DNA of 64,000 bases from Actinomycetota bacterium (GTDB taxonomy: Bacteria > Actinomycetota > UBA4738): positions 30,391-94,390 of the forward strand of contig JBKPAF010000035.1 of NCBI GenBank assembly GCA_046726275.1, given 5' to 3'. Positions 9,856-19,000 of the stretch are shown here, in pieces; positions within the stretch are counted from its first letter, which is position 1, and each line of letters opens with the position of its first letter. The notes below the pieces were generated by a model, which was not told the DNA's origin, ran no database searches, and saw only the letters and a list, made by a program, of their open reading frames with translations. A program made the position numbers and the translations under genes.

Positions 9856-10401
9856 TCACCTCCCGGTGGCTGGCAGCTCGTCGCGGATGGCCCGCACCCA
9901 TTCGTCCACCTCCTCCGTGTACACGGCGTTGGAACGGGTGAGGTACGTGGCCACTGCTGTCCGGGGGTTCGGCAGGCCCGAGGAGTACTTGTCCGGCGGC
10001 TTCACGAAATAGAAGAACAGGACCTCCGGGATTCCCGGCGTGTGGACGCGGAGCTCGATCACCGGACTGTGCCGCGGCCGGCTGACCTTTTCGATGTGGG
10101 CTCCGGCGATGACCGTCTCGCCGAGGAGCTCCATGGCCGTCCCGGCGAGCTCCGGCCGGAAGATCAACCGGGTGGATTCGAGGATCAAGGTCCCCCGCAC
10201 TCCACCCTGGCCGGTTGACCGATGCACCATCCATACGGTCGACGGCTCCGGCGCCATGCAGTCAACCATAGCTCGGGTTGGCCCGTAGGTCTCGCGCAGG
10301 TGAGCTGCGGGTGCCCTGGCCGGTACCCGCGGCCCCCACTTACGTTTCGGATCGGTCTCTATTTGCCTGAGGGCGGAGGTGCGCCTTCCTGGAAAGGCCA
10401 C
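9856..10401 (-). CDS. Hypothetical protein, possibly a bacterial PH-like domain. May be co-transcribed with the upstream sigma/anti-sigma pair.
   Basis: ORF with a GTG start. The beta-rich C-terminal half (TLILESTRLIFRPELAGTAMELL...IELRVHTPGIPEVLFFYFVKPP) looks PH-like. Alternative starts at 10269 or 10257. Confidence 0.45.
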   Translation of the reverse strand: MAFPGRRTSALRQIETDPKRKWGPRVPARAPAAHLRETYGPTRAMVDCMAPEPSTVWMVHRSTGQGGVRGTLILESTRLIFRPELAGTAMELLGETVIAGAHIEKVSRPRHSPVIELRVHTPGIPEVLFFYFVKPPDKYSSGLPNPRTAVATYLTRSNAVYTEEVDEWVRAIRDELPATGR

Positions 10402-10425
10402 CCTTGGATGGAGCCATCGACCAGC

Positions 10426-11040
10426 TCACAGTTCTCGACGTCGCTGTTCGCCCACTCTGTAGCGATGGAGGCGACTCGGTCCTTCTGCTGGTCGTGCTCG
10501 GGCACGTCGTACCGCGAGTAGATCATGGAGGGTGCCCCCCGGCGGATGGTAGCTGCCGATGGTGAAGATGAATGCGCCGTCCGCGTTCTGGGCGATGTCG
10601 ACTCGAGTCGGCGGCCGTTCGTGGGACGGGGGTGGCTCCGGAACTTGCCAAGCCCGGGGGTTGCAGAGCTTCCCCGGAGGGAGGAAGTGCACCGCCGCCG
10701 GCACCCCAGCGTCCTCGAGCTTCTGCTCGAGACCATCGGCGTCCTCGATGGAGTTGATCTGGACGGTCACGGATCCATCCTGGTTCTCCGTGACGGCATA
10801 CGCCGGGCTGCGACCGTTCTCCCCCCCGAGGGCCGGGAGCACGATGGCGAGCATCAGAGCCAGAGCCGCAGCGATTCCGATCAAAGCGGAAACGCGCCGC
10901 TTCACGTTGGAGCGGCGCAGGGCGGCACGCGAAGCCAGCCTCGAATGCGCGGGCACGCCCGATTGCGCCACCACGACGCGCTTGAGCTCGGTGAGCAACC
11001 GCTCCTCGAATCCCTTCCGGGGACGCTGGTCCTGGGTCAT
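10426..11040 (-). CDS. Membrane-anchored anti-sigma factor candidate
   Basis: Overlaps the stop of the upstream ECF sigma remnant by 4 nt. Cytoplasmic N-terminus, a single TM helix (ALIGIAAALALMLAIVLPAL) and an extracytoplasmic domain. Confidence 0.55.
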   Translation of the reverse strand: MTQDQRPRKGFEERLLTELKRVVVAQSGVPAHSRLASRAALRRSNVKRRVSALIGIAAALALMLAIVLPALGGENGRSPAYAVTENQDGSVTVQINSIEDADGLEQKLEDAGVPAAVHFLPPGKLCNPRAWQVPEPPPSHERPPTRVDIAQNADGAFIFTIGSYHPPGGTLHDLLAVRRARARPAEGPSRLHRYRVGEQRRREL

Positions 11041-11494
11041 GGGGATGCCTCCTTCATGGCGATCCGTTTGGGCAGATCCATCAGCCCAGCTATGGGCTGA
11101 GCGAGCTGGTTGCGGAGCAGCTGCCGGGCCCTGTGCAAGCGGAGGCGGGCGGCAGCCTGGCTCACACCGATCAGCCTGGCGGCGTCACGGACGGCGAGGC
11201 CATCCAGGGCCACCAGCTCGAACAGGTCGCGGTCCTCGTTGGACAGCCGGCCCATCGCCTCGTAGAGCCGGCGTGCTCGGGCCTCGGCGTCGATCCGCTC
11301 CACAGATCGGCGAGATCGTCGGCGTCGACGAGGGCTCGTCCCGAGATCCGGCTCGCAGCCGCCAGGTGCGGATCGTCGACCCGGCGGACAACGAACCGCT
11401 GCACCGCATCCACGTGCCGGAGATAGAACCCCTCGAACGCGACCGGGTCGGACGCGATCTGCGCCACGTCGCCGTTGGCCGATGGACCTTTCAC
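11037..11494 (-). pseudogene. ECF sigma-70 family factor, apparently frameshifted
   Basis: Region-2-like sequence (FEGFYLRHVDAVQRFVVRRVDDPHLAA) sits in the frame of ORF 11171..11494. Region 4 (LSNEDRDLFELVALDGLAVRDAARLIGVSQAAARLRLHRARQLLRNQL) sits in the frame of ORF 11037..11303. The two frames overlap by about 130 nt and no single frame spans both. Confidence 0.5.
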
Positions 11495-11597
11495 CGCAAG
11501 CCTCCTCGTGCTCCTGCTGGCACTCTTTCTTGGGCGAAGAGGCCCGATGCGTTACGGCTGGGGACAGCGGGGGCCGGCGATGAGAGGTCTTGGCCTG

Positions 11598-12944
11598 CTA
11601 CTGACCGGCGAGGTATCCGAGGAACAGGGCCTCGGCGAGGCAGGACTTCTCCAGGTCACCCAAGTCGACGCTCTCGTCCTCTGAGTGGGCGTTGCACTTG
11701 GGATCGGCGGCTCCGGTGAGCATCAGAGTCGCCTGTGGGAACTGCCGTGCGAACTCCGCGACGAACGGGATGGAACCCCCCGCTCCCATCAGGACGGGCT
11801 CCCTGCCGAAGGCATCGGTCATGGCCCGGCGCATGGCCTCGTAGGCGGCCCCCTCCGCGTCGATCGCGAACGGTGAGCCCGAGGCCTCCTGGGTGATCTT
11901 CACCTCTGCCCCCCAGGGCACGTTCGACTCCAGGTGCTTGACCAGCGCGGCCATGGCGTCCTCGGGGTCCTGGCCCGGGGGGATGCGCATGCTCACCTTC
12001 GCCCGGGCGAACGGGACGAGCTGGTTTGAAGCTTCGGGCGTCCGGGGCGCATCGAGACCCAGTACCGAGATGGCCGGCTTCGTCCACATCCGCTCGGTCA
12101 GGTTGCCGTCTCCGATGAGCCTGACCCCGGGCCGAACGCCAGCCCATTCCCTCAGCTCATTCTCCGATAGGTCCAGTGGGTCCGCCGGCCCGGAGGCCAG
12201 TCCCGCCACGGCCACGTTGCCCTTGTCGTCGTGGAGGGAGGCAAGGGTCCGACAGAGCGAGGTCAAGGCGTCGGGGATGGCGCCGCCGTACTCACCGCTG
12301 TGGACGGCGTGATCGAGCGTCCGGACCTCGACGAAGCAGGCCACGATCCCGCGGAGAGAGATGGTCAACGCCGGCTCGCCCGTCCTCCAGTTCCCGGAGT
12401 CGGCCAGGATGACCGCGTCGGCCTTGAGGAGATCGCCGTAGTTCGAGAGGAACGCGCCCAGGTGTTCCGAGCTGGATTCTTCCTCGCCCTCGACGAACAC
12501 CGTGACGCCGACGGGAGGTCGTCCGTCCCACGCCCGCATGGCCGCCGCGTGCATCACGATGCCGGCCTTGTCGTCCGATGAGCCTCTGCCGTACAGGCGT
12601 CCATTCCGTTCGACCGGCTCGAACGGGGGAGAGGACCATAGGTCCTCCGGCCCCTGTGGCTGGACGTCGTGATGCGCATAGAGAAGGACGGTCGGAGCGC
12701 CGTCGTGGGCGCCCACCCGCCCCAGGACCGCCGGGTGGGCGCCTTCGACTTCGAGCAGGCGGGTCTCCATCCCACATGCCTGGAGGATCTCCTCGGTCGC
12801 CATCGCGGAACGGCGAACCTGCTCGGGGTCGAAGTCGGGAAAGCTCACCGAGGGGATCCGAACGAGCCGCTCCAGCTCGGTCCGGATCGTCGGCATGAGA
12901 TCGGAGATCTTCTTCTGGATGGATTCGAACGCGACATCGCTCAC
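11598..12944 (-). CDS. M20 family metallopeptidase (dipeptidase/ArgE/DapE-like)
   Basis: Motifs HHDVQP, GRGSSDDKAG and FVEGEEESSSE are typical M20 metal-binding and catalytic residues. Confidence 0.85.
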   Translation of the reverse strand: MSDVAFESIQKKISDLMPTIRTELERLVRIPSVSFPDFDPEQVRRSAMATEEILQACGMETRLLEVEGAHPAVLGRVGAHDGAPTVLLYAHHDVQPQGPEDLWSSPPFEPVERNGRLYGRGSSDDKAGIVMHAAAMRAWDGRPPVGVTVFVEGEEESSSEHLGAFLSNYGDLLKADAVILADSGNWRTGEPALTISLRGIVACFVEVRTLDHAVHSGEYGGAIPDALTSLCRTLASLHDDKGNVAVAGLASGPADPLDLSENELREWAGVRPGVRLIGDGNLTERMWTKPAISVLGLDAPRTPEASNQLVPFARAKVSMRIPPGQDPEDAMAALVKHLESNVPWGAEVKITQEASGSPFAIDAEGAAYEAMRRAMTDAFGREPVLMGAGGSIPFVAEFARQFPQATLMLTGAADPKCNAHSEDESVDLGDLEKSCLAEALFLGYLAGQ

Positions 12945-12993
12945 GGTGGTGAAGCCTACACGGTCACCGATGCTCCTCGCGGGGCCGGCGGCT

Positions 12994-13851
12994 TCAGGAG
13001 ATCTCGATCGGGGTACCGAGGGGAAGGATCTTGACCAACGCTCGGATGTCCCGGTTGTGCAGCCGGATGCAACCGTGGCTGCTCCGCTTTCCTACCGATC
13101 CGGGGTCGTTGGTGCCATGGAGGCCGATGATGCCGCCGAGCTTCCAGGACCGCAGAACCTCGGAGTACCCGGACAGGCCGTACGCGTAGGGGCCATAGAC
13201 GGATCCTTGATCAGGGATCTTGAATAGCGAGGTCAGGTAGAAGCGCCCCACCGGAGTCGGTGTCGATCCGGTCCCGATTCCCACTCGAAACGTCCTGGCC
13301 ACGGCGCAACCTCGATGTAGCTGGAGCCTGAACCGCCGGCGATCAAGCGTCAGACGATACGGCGTCGCGCTCACCGTGAGGTCCTTGCCCCGGATGAATC
13401 CGGTCTCCCCGTTCGGACGAACGGGGAGGAGGGCCCGGAACCATGGCTCGCCGTCCGAGCCGAGAACCTGCTTCTGGAGCAGGAACACCTGAGGCACGCC
13501 CAGAGGCGAGATGCGGGCGAACGTGTGGATCGGCCGGGAAGCGGAACTCGGAGACACTCGGGCGACGGCCCGCTTCGCGGCCTGCGTTCCGACCAGGGAT
13601 TCCCGGGCGCACGGCCGGATCGGCGGCTCCGGCCGCGGACCGGGTGATTCCATGAGCCCGGAGGAGGGCGCTCCCGAGGAAGACACGACGCTGTCGCGTT
13701 CGGGACCTTTCCAGCCCCCGACCATCGGGGCCAGGACCAGCGCCGCGATCAGCAGGAGAGCGGCCGAAAGACCGAGGTCGAGCCACCTGGAGCGACGTCT
13801 CGGACTGGGTGCCGGGCTCGGCGAGGGGCCCTCGCTGGAACTGCCCGGCAC
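12994..13851 (-). CDS. L,D-transpeptidase (YkuD domain) with an N-terminal membrane anchor
   Basis: Catalytic motif SHGCIRLHNRDI. TM helix LSAALLLIAALVLAPMV. Confidence 0.85.
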   Translation of the reverse strand: MPGSSSEGPSPSPAPSPRRRSRWLDLGLSAALLLIAALVLAPMVGGWKGPERDSVVSSSGAPSSGLMESPGPRPEPPIRPCARESLVGTQAAKRAVARVSPSSASRPIHTFARISPLGVPQVFLLQKQVLGSDGEPWFRALLPVRPNGETGFIRGKDLTVSATPYRLTLDRRRFRLQLHRGCAVARTFRVGIGTGSTPTPVGRFYLTSLFKIPDQGSVYGPYAYGLSGYSEVLRSWKLGGIIGLHGTNDPGSVGKRSSHGCIRLHNRDIRALVKILPLGTPIEIS

Positions 13852-13897
13852 CCTGTCCTTGAAGATCGCTTCACCTCATCCGGTCTTTGGGTGAGTC

Positions 13898-14422
13898 TTA
13901 CCCCGTGAACGGGGCGGAACCGTCCACCGGTTGGGCCGGATTCGCGCCCGGCGGAGCCGGCTCACCTGGCTCACCAGGCTCCCCGGTGGGCTCGGGGCTG
14001 GGCTCCTCCGACGGCTCCGGGCTGGGCTCCTCCGACGGCTCCGGGCTGGGGCTTGGTTCGGGCCCCTCCCCTCGGCATCCACCGGAGATGACCAGATTGT
14101 TCGCCGAACCCTCAGGTGTCTCATCAGCGTACGCCGTCAGCGTGTCGGGATCGTAGTACGGGGTCACGGCGTGCAGCGCCGCGCTGTCCCCGCGGTGCTC
14201 CATCTGATAGGCGTCTCCGTTCACGTACAGCGTGGCGCCGTCCGGATTGTCGTCTCCGTTCGGGGTGAGGACCCAGTGGAGGTAAGGGTCCTGGCCCTCG
14301 GCGCAGTCCGTGATGGAGTCTTTCCCGTTTCCGGTCCACGGCACCCGAGCGATCGCCATGGTGGCCATGACGCCGACCAGGACCAACCCCAGGAGCGTGG
14401 CCAGCTTGAGCTTCCTTCCCAT
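13898..14422 (-). CDS. Secreted protein with a low-complexity Pro/Glu/Ser C-terminal repeat
   Basis: Signal peptide MGRKLKLATLLGLVLVGVMATMAIA. The C-terminus reads PEPSPSPEPSEEPSPEPSEEPSPEPTGEPGEPGEP and is encoded by a 24-bp tandem repeat. Confidence 0.6.
   Translation of the reverse strand: MGRKLKLATLLGLVLVGVMATMAIARVPWTGNGKDSITDCAEGQDPYLHWVLTPNGDDNPDGATLYVNGDAYQMEHRGDSAALHAVTPYYDPDTLTAYADETPEGSANNLVISGGCRGEGPEPSPSPEPSEEPSPEPSEEPSPEPTGEPGEPGEPAPPGANPAQPVDGSAPFTG
13993..14040. repeat. 24-bp tandem direct repeat (ggctgggctcctccgacggctccg x2, plus a partial copy)
   Basis: Seen directly in the sequence. Encodes the EPSPEPSE repeat of the gene above. Confidence 0.8.
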
Positions 14423-14677
14423 CGTGCATCCCCCTTCTCTGCTTCCAGGACTCTTGACCCGGGAGGCGATGGGCGACTCGCCTAGTGGTCGTGCTACACC
14501 CTGCGCCTGAATGATGAGTCCCCCGTGATCAGGCCGTCATCGGCCGATGGGCGCAATTCGCGAAAGCCGGATACCCGCCTTTGGTTGGTTGCCGCGCTCC
14601 GCCGATCGACGGGGAGCCGAGCCTCTACTCAGTCACGCGGCAGTTTGGCAAGATGTGGTGGGCTCTCCCGCCCAGGG

Positions 14678-15388
14678 TCAGCGGGTGGTGCGTGCCACCT
14701 GGAGGAAGTCCGAGATGGAGGTGTCCCCGAATCGGGCCGCTTCCAGGATCTGTTTGAGGAGATGGCCTGCCTTCTTCCCCGGCACAACCGCGATGACCAC
14801 GTACAGCCCAGACGTGGGGATCCCCATTCGGCGCATCGGCCCGAACCCGGGGGCCGCGACCACGTACGCCCACCTGGTGGGCTTTCCCTGCGTACGGCAG
14901 GTCCCAGTCGCTGACATCACGTAGTCCCCCGGGGAGAACCGGCGACCCGTGAAGTCCGGCGGATTGTCGATGTAGATCTCGTGCGTGGCAGAGTGACAGT
15001 TCTTGTTCGCGGCGAGCGCGGCCATGGCCGGGCCCTGGGCGACCATGTAGTAGTAGTCCGAGGGGATCTGGAGCTTCGCCACGTCGATCCAGAACGCCTC
15101 CATCCCTCCCACGGCCCCCGCGCCCCGCTCCCACAGATCCAGCTGCGGCGAGGCGACAAATCCTTCCTGGGGGTAGCGGGACGTGGGAAGCGGCTGGGCG
15201 TTCCACCCGTCAGGGATCAGCGCCTGGACGCTGCCGGCCTGCACCTCGATCCGCAGCGGCGAGGGGCTGGCCGGGAGCTGATGAACGGAGAATAGGGGTC
15301 GGGGAGCCGAGCCCTCGAGGGCTTCCGGAACGCTACCGCAAGCCGACAGGGCGATTGCGAGGACGGATACCGCGAGTCGTGCGCGCAT
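14678..15388 (-). CDS. Hypothetical lipoprotein
   Basis: Start at MRARLAVSVLAIALSACGS, a lipobox signal. The upstream part of the long ORF 14678..15991 is low-complexity and unlikely to be coding. Confidence 0.6.
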   Translation of the reverse strand: MRARLAVSVLAIALSACGSVPEALEGSAPRPLFSVHQLPASPSPLRIEVQAGSVQALIPDGWNAQPLPTSRYPQEGFVASPQLDLWERGAGAVGGMEAFWIDVAKLQIPSDYYYMVAQGPAMAALAANKNCHSATHEIYIDNPPDFTGRRFSPGDYVMSATGTCRTQGKPTRWAYVVAAPGFGPMRRMGIPTSGLYVVIAVVPGKKAGHLLKQILEAARFGDTSISDFLQVARTTR

Positions 15389-15464
15389 GTCCTTGGCCGC
15401 AGTGTAGGGAAATTGGGGGAGGATCGCCAGCCGAGGGTACAATGCGCGCAATCGAATATCGCGC

Positions 15465-15655
15465 CTCGAGGTGACCCGAGCGGGTGGCACCCCCGTCCGG
15501 GTCCGAAGAGGGAAGCCGGTGAAGGTCCGGCACGGTCGCGCCACTGTGACCGGGGAGCGAGCCCGAAAGATGCCACTGGGGTCCCTGCGGACCCTGGGAA
15601 GGTTCGGGGGAGCGCACGACCCGGAAGTCAGGAGACCTGCCCCGAGGCGAAATCG
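15465..15655 (+). ncRNA. Cobalamin (B12) riboswitch
   Basis: Consensus core AGGGAAGCCGGTGAAGGTCCGGCACGGTCGCGCCACTGTGACCGGGGAGCGAGCCCGAAAGATGCCACTGGGG, including the B12 box GCCACTG. Sits in the 5' leader of a btuFCD-like operon. Confidence 0.8.
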
Positions 15656-15683
15656 GCCGCGCTCTTCGCGCAAAAGAGAGGCC

Positions 15684-15710
15684 GCTTCATAGGCCTCCGG
15701 CGAGAGCCGG
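15684..15710 (+). terminator. Intrinsic terminator/attenuator hairpin in the riboswitch expression platform
   Basis: cctCCGGCgagaGCCGGgggcTTTTTcg is a GC stem followed by a T5 run, about 70 nt upstream of the btuF start. Confidence 0.55.
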
Positions 15711-15782
15711 GGGCTTTTTCGTGGTCCTGTCGCTGCGCTACCAGGGGCCACTCGTGAGCGGCCACGACCGAGGGGAGGACCC

Positions 15783-16721
15783 ATGGGAGTGGTTCGAAGC
15801 TGGCGGGCCGCGCTGGCGGCAGTGTGCCTGCTGGGGTTTGCCTGCGGCAGCGCACAGGCCCCGGCAACGGCTCCGCCGACCCGAAGCGCGCAGTACCCGG
15901 TGACCGTCACCGACGACGACGGACAGACGGTGACACTGACCGCCCAGCCCCGAAGGATCGTCACGTTCGCTCCGTCCAACACCGAGATCATGTTCGCCCT
16001 CGGGTTGGGCTCCCGGGTGGTCGGCGTGTCCGGTGAGTTCGACGACTACCCTCCGGAAGCCACACACGTGGAGCAGGTCGGCGGCTCCGGAGAGTTCGGG
16101 GTGGATCCCAACCTCGAGAAGCTGGTCTCGCTCCATCCCGACCTCATGATCACCATCTCGGGGGGTGACGAGTGGAAGAAGCGTGTTCGAGAACTCGGCA
16201 TCCCCGCCTTTACCATCAATGCCACCGGGTTCGATGACCTGCTGGCCGATATCCGGACCATCGCCCGGCTGACGGGAGTTCCTGGGCGCGGGACGGAGCT
16301 CACGAGAGCGATGGCGGATCGGGCGGCCGAGATCCAACAGGCAGTGTCGAAGGAGCCGCGGGTGCCGTGCTTCTTCGAGGTCTATTACCCGCCGCTCACC
16401 TCGGTCGGGCCCGACACGTTCATCGCCGACCTCCTCGCCCGCGCGGGGTGTGATTCCTCATCTGCGGGGGCCACGTCCGACTACCCGGAATGGTCGGTGG
16501 ACCGCCTGGTTCAGCAGAGCCCGCAGGTGTATCTGGTTGCTTCCGAGTCCGGTTCCTCTCCAGAGGCCGTGGCGAAGCGGCCGGGGTTCAAGGCGATCGC
16601 CGCGGTGGCCGACGGCCGGATCTTTCTGATCGATTCTGACCTGGTGAGCCGGCCGGGCCCCAGGGTCGTGGAGGGCCTGGCCGCGCTGGTCAGGGTTCTT
16701 CATCCCCAGGCAGAAACGTAG
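15783..16721 (+). CDS. ABC transporter periplasmic substrate-binding lipoprotein, BtuF/FecB family (cobalamin/siderophore type)
   Basis: Lipobox LLGFAC. Class III SBP-like sequence. Downstream of the B12 riboswitch. Confidence 0.85.
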   Translation: MGVVRSWRAALAAVCLLGFACGSAQAPATAPPTRSAQYPVTVTDDDGQTVTLTAQPRRIVTFAPSNTEIMFALGLGSRVVGVSGEFDDYPPEATHVEQVGGSGEFGVDPNLEKLVSLHPDLMITISGGDEWKKRVRELGIPAFTINATGFDDLLADIRTIARLTGVPGRGTELTRAMADRAAEIQQAVSKEPRVPCFFEVYYPPLTSVGPDTFIADLLARAGCDSSSAGATSDYPEWSVDRLVQQSPQVYLVASESGSSPEAVAKRPGFKAIAAVADGRIFLIDSDLVSRPGPRVVEGLAALVRVLHPQAET

Positions 16722-16725
16722 GCGG

Positions 16726-17763
16726 ATGATCCCTCGGAAGCGCCGGTTGGTGGTCCCTGGGCTGGTGGTGGTCCTCGGCCTGGCGATCCTGGCGGCGGTG
16801 GCTGTGGGGGCCGTCTGGATCTCCCCTTGGGATTCAGTCCGACTGTTCGGGTGGAAGCTGGGCCTGATCGCGCGCCCGAGGTTCATCCCGGACTCGAGCT
16901 CCGTGATCCTCTTCCAGCTCAGGCTGCCCAGGGTCCTGCTGGCCGCCCTCGTCGGCGCGGCGCTCGCGTCGGCGGGCGCCGTGTTCCAGGCGCTGTTCCG
17001 AAACCCGATGGCCGACCCTGCCATCATCGGAGTGTCCTCCGGCGCTGCGCTCGGCGCGATCGGGGTCATCCTGGCGGGCGGCGGGGCGGCCCTGGGAGGC
17101 CTCGGCGTCCCGGCGGCAGCGTTCCTCGGGGCCCTGGGGACCGCGTTCCTCGTCTACCGGCTGGCTCGGATCGGCCCGGCCGTCCAGGTGCCAACACTGT
17201 TGCTGGCGGGCATCGCCGTGGCTGCCGTGATCGCGGCCGCGATCTCCCTGGTGATGACGTTTTCCGGGGAGGAGATCCGGGCGATCTACTTCTGGTTGCT
17301 CGGCGGCCTCGGGGCACGAGGCTGGCAGTCGCTCGGCGTGGCTACCCCATTCGTCGTTGCGGGTGTGATCGTGGCCGCGGCGAGCGCCCCCGATCTCAAC
17401 CTCACGGCTCTGGGCGAAGAGCGTGCAGCGCAGTTGGGGCTGGACGTGGAGCGATTCAAGCGCCTCATGCTGGCTACCGGGGCTCTGCTCACCGCCGCCG
17501 CGGTATCCGTGGCGGGGCTGATCGGATTCGTCGGGCTCATGACCCCTCACATGCTCCGGTTGGTCATCGGCTCTGACCACCGGCGGCTGATCCCGGCATC
17601 GATCGTCGGGGGAGCGGCTTTCATGGTCCTGGCCGACCTGGCGGCCCGCACGGCGGTGAGCCCTGAAGAGATCCCCGTCGGGGCGGTGACGGCCGTCATT
17701 GGCGGGCCGTTCTTCCTTTATCTGCTCAGGCGGGAGCGGAAGGCTGCACGTGGGGGAGCATGA
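16726..17763 (+). CDS. ABC transporter permease, FecCD/BtuC family
   Basis: Polytopic membrane protein, about 9 to 10 TM helices, with FecCD-like conserved stretches. Confidence 0.85.
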   Translation: MIPRKRRLVVPGLVVVLGLAILAAVAVGAVWISPWDSVRLFGWKLGLIARPRFIPDSSSVILFQLRLPRVLLAALVGAALASAGAVFQALFRNPMADPAIIGVSSGAALGAIGVILAGGGAALGGLGVPAAAFLGALGTAFLVYRLARIGPAVQVPTLLLAGIAVAAVIAAAISLVMTFSGEEIRAIYFWLLGGLGARGWQSLGVATPFVVAGVIVAAASAPDLNLTALGEERAAQLGLDVERFKRLMLATGALLTAAAVSVAGLIGFVGLMTPHMLRLVIGSDHRRLIPASIVGGAAFMVLADLAARTAVSPEEIPVGAVTAVIGGPFFLYLLRRERKAARGGA

Positions 17764-19000
17764 GGGGCTCTCCCTTCGGGATGTATCGGCCGCCTACGGC
17801 CGGAAGCCGGTGTTGGAGGACGTGTCAGTCGAGGTGGCGCCAGGGGAGGTCGCCGGCCTCATCGGGCCGAACGGATCGGGGAAGACGACCCTGGTGCGGG
17901 TGGCTTCCCGAGGGCTGCGACCGTTTCGGGGGGAGGTCCGGGTTCAAGGCCTGGACCCCTACGGGGTGTCCGCCCGCCACGCTGCCCGGCTGGTGGCCGT
18001 CGTCCCTCAGGACCTGACCTCCGTGTTCGACTATTCGGTCCTGGAGATGGCGCTGATGGGCCGGTCCCCGTATGGCTCGTCCGGGGGTGGGGACCAGGGG
18101 TGGGCCCGGGTCCGCGCCGCGATGGCCGCCGCCAACGTGCAGCACCTGGCCGAGCGGGGAATGGGAGAGCTGTCGGGGGGAGAGCGCCAGCGAGCCATCC
18201 TGGCCCAGTCCCTCGCTCAGGATGCGCCGGTCTTGCTGCTCGACGAGCCGACCACGCATCTCGACCTACGCCACGTGGTGGAGATCCTCACGGTGGTGCG
18301 CGGTCTCGCCCGAACCGAAGGCAAGGCCGTGCTGGCCATCTTTCATGATCTCAACCTTGCCTCCGCGTACTGCGACCGAATCTACGTCCTCTCCGAAGGA
18401 CGGGTCGCCCTCGCGGGGCTGCCGGCCGAGGTTCTCACCCGGGAGGTCATCAGGGCGGTGTTCGGAGTGGACGCCGAGGTCGCGGCGGGGGGTGCGGCGG
18501 GAAGGCCGGCGGTCGTCGTCACACCACCCTTGTCCCTCGCCCACGAGCTAGGAGGAACCCAACGGGTCCACGTGATCGGAGGAGCCGGGCGGGGTTCGGT
18601 GGTCATGCGCCTGCTCGCAGAGATGGGGCTCGACGTGAGCGCGGGAGTCCTTCATTCGGGAGATACCGATGAGGCGGTGGCGGAGCGCTTGAACCTCCTC
18701 CGAGTGACCGTCCCCCCGTTTTCCGTCATCGATCGGCGGAGCGCCGAGGACTGTGGCGACCTCATCGCGGGATCGTCGCTCCTCGTCGTGTGCGACGCGC
18801 CATACGGGCCGGGAAACGTGGAGAACTTGCAGCTGGCTGTTCGTGCCGCGGAGCGCGGGACCCGAACGATCCTCATCGACCAGATCCCCATCGAGGAACG
18901 GGACTTCACCGGCGGGGTGGCGACCCGACTCTGGCGGAGGCTGCAATCGCTCGCTGCCGTGGTTCGTTCCGCGGAGGACGTTCGCTCCGCCGTCGGGTGA
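17750..19000 (+). CDS. ABC transporter ATP-binding protein (BtuD/FepC-like) with an appended C-terminal domain of about 160 aa and unknown function
   Basis: Walker A GPNGSGKTTL, signature LSGGERQRA, Walker B LLLDEPTTHLD. The residues after about 260 (HVIGGAGRGSVVMRLL ... LLVVCDAPYGPGNVENLQL ...) are not part of the ABC fold. The GTG start at 17750 overlaps the permease stop by 14 nt. The maximal ORF starts at 17699. Confidence 0.8.
   Translation: MGEHEGLSLRDVSAAYGRKPVLEDVSVEVAPGEVAGLIGPNGSGKTTLVRVASRGLRPFRGEVRVQGLDPYGVSARHAARLVAVVPQDLTSVFDYSVLEMALMGRSPYGSSGGGDQGWARVRAAMAAANVQHLAERGMGELSGGERQRAILAQSLAQDAPVLLLDEPTTHLDLRHVVEILTVVRGLARTEGKAVLAIFHDLNLASAYCDRIYVLSEGRVALAGLPAEVLTREVIRAVFGVDAEVAAGGAAGRPAVVVTPPLSLAHELGGTQRVHVIGGAGRGSVVMRLLAEMGLDVSAGVLHSGDTDEAVAERLNLLRVTVPPFSVIDRRSAEDCGDLIAGSSLLVVCDAPYGPGNVENLQLAVRAAERGTRTILIDQIPIEERDFTGGVATRLWRRLQSLAAVVRSAEDVRSAVG

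Noticed and set aside
10559-11719. 386-aa plus-strand ORF across the sigma/anti-sigma locus
   Set aside because: Antisense to the anti-sigma and sigma genes. Arg/Gly-rich low-complexity product.
14423-14677. Possible c-di-AMP (ydaO) riboswitch upstream of the PEPS-protein/L,D-transpeptidase genes
   Set aside because: I looked on the minus strand for the GGGGUGAAUC and CCGAACCC/AGCUAACC elements and they are absent.
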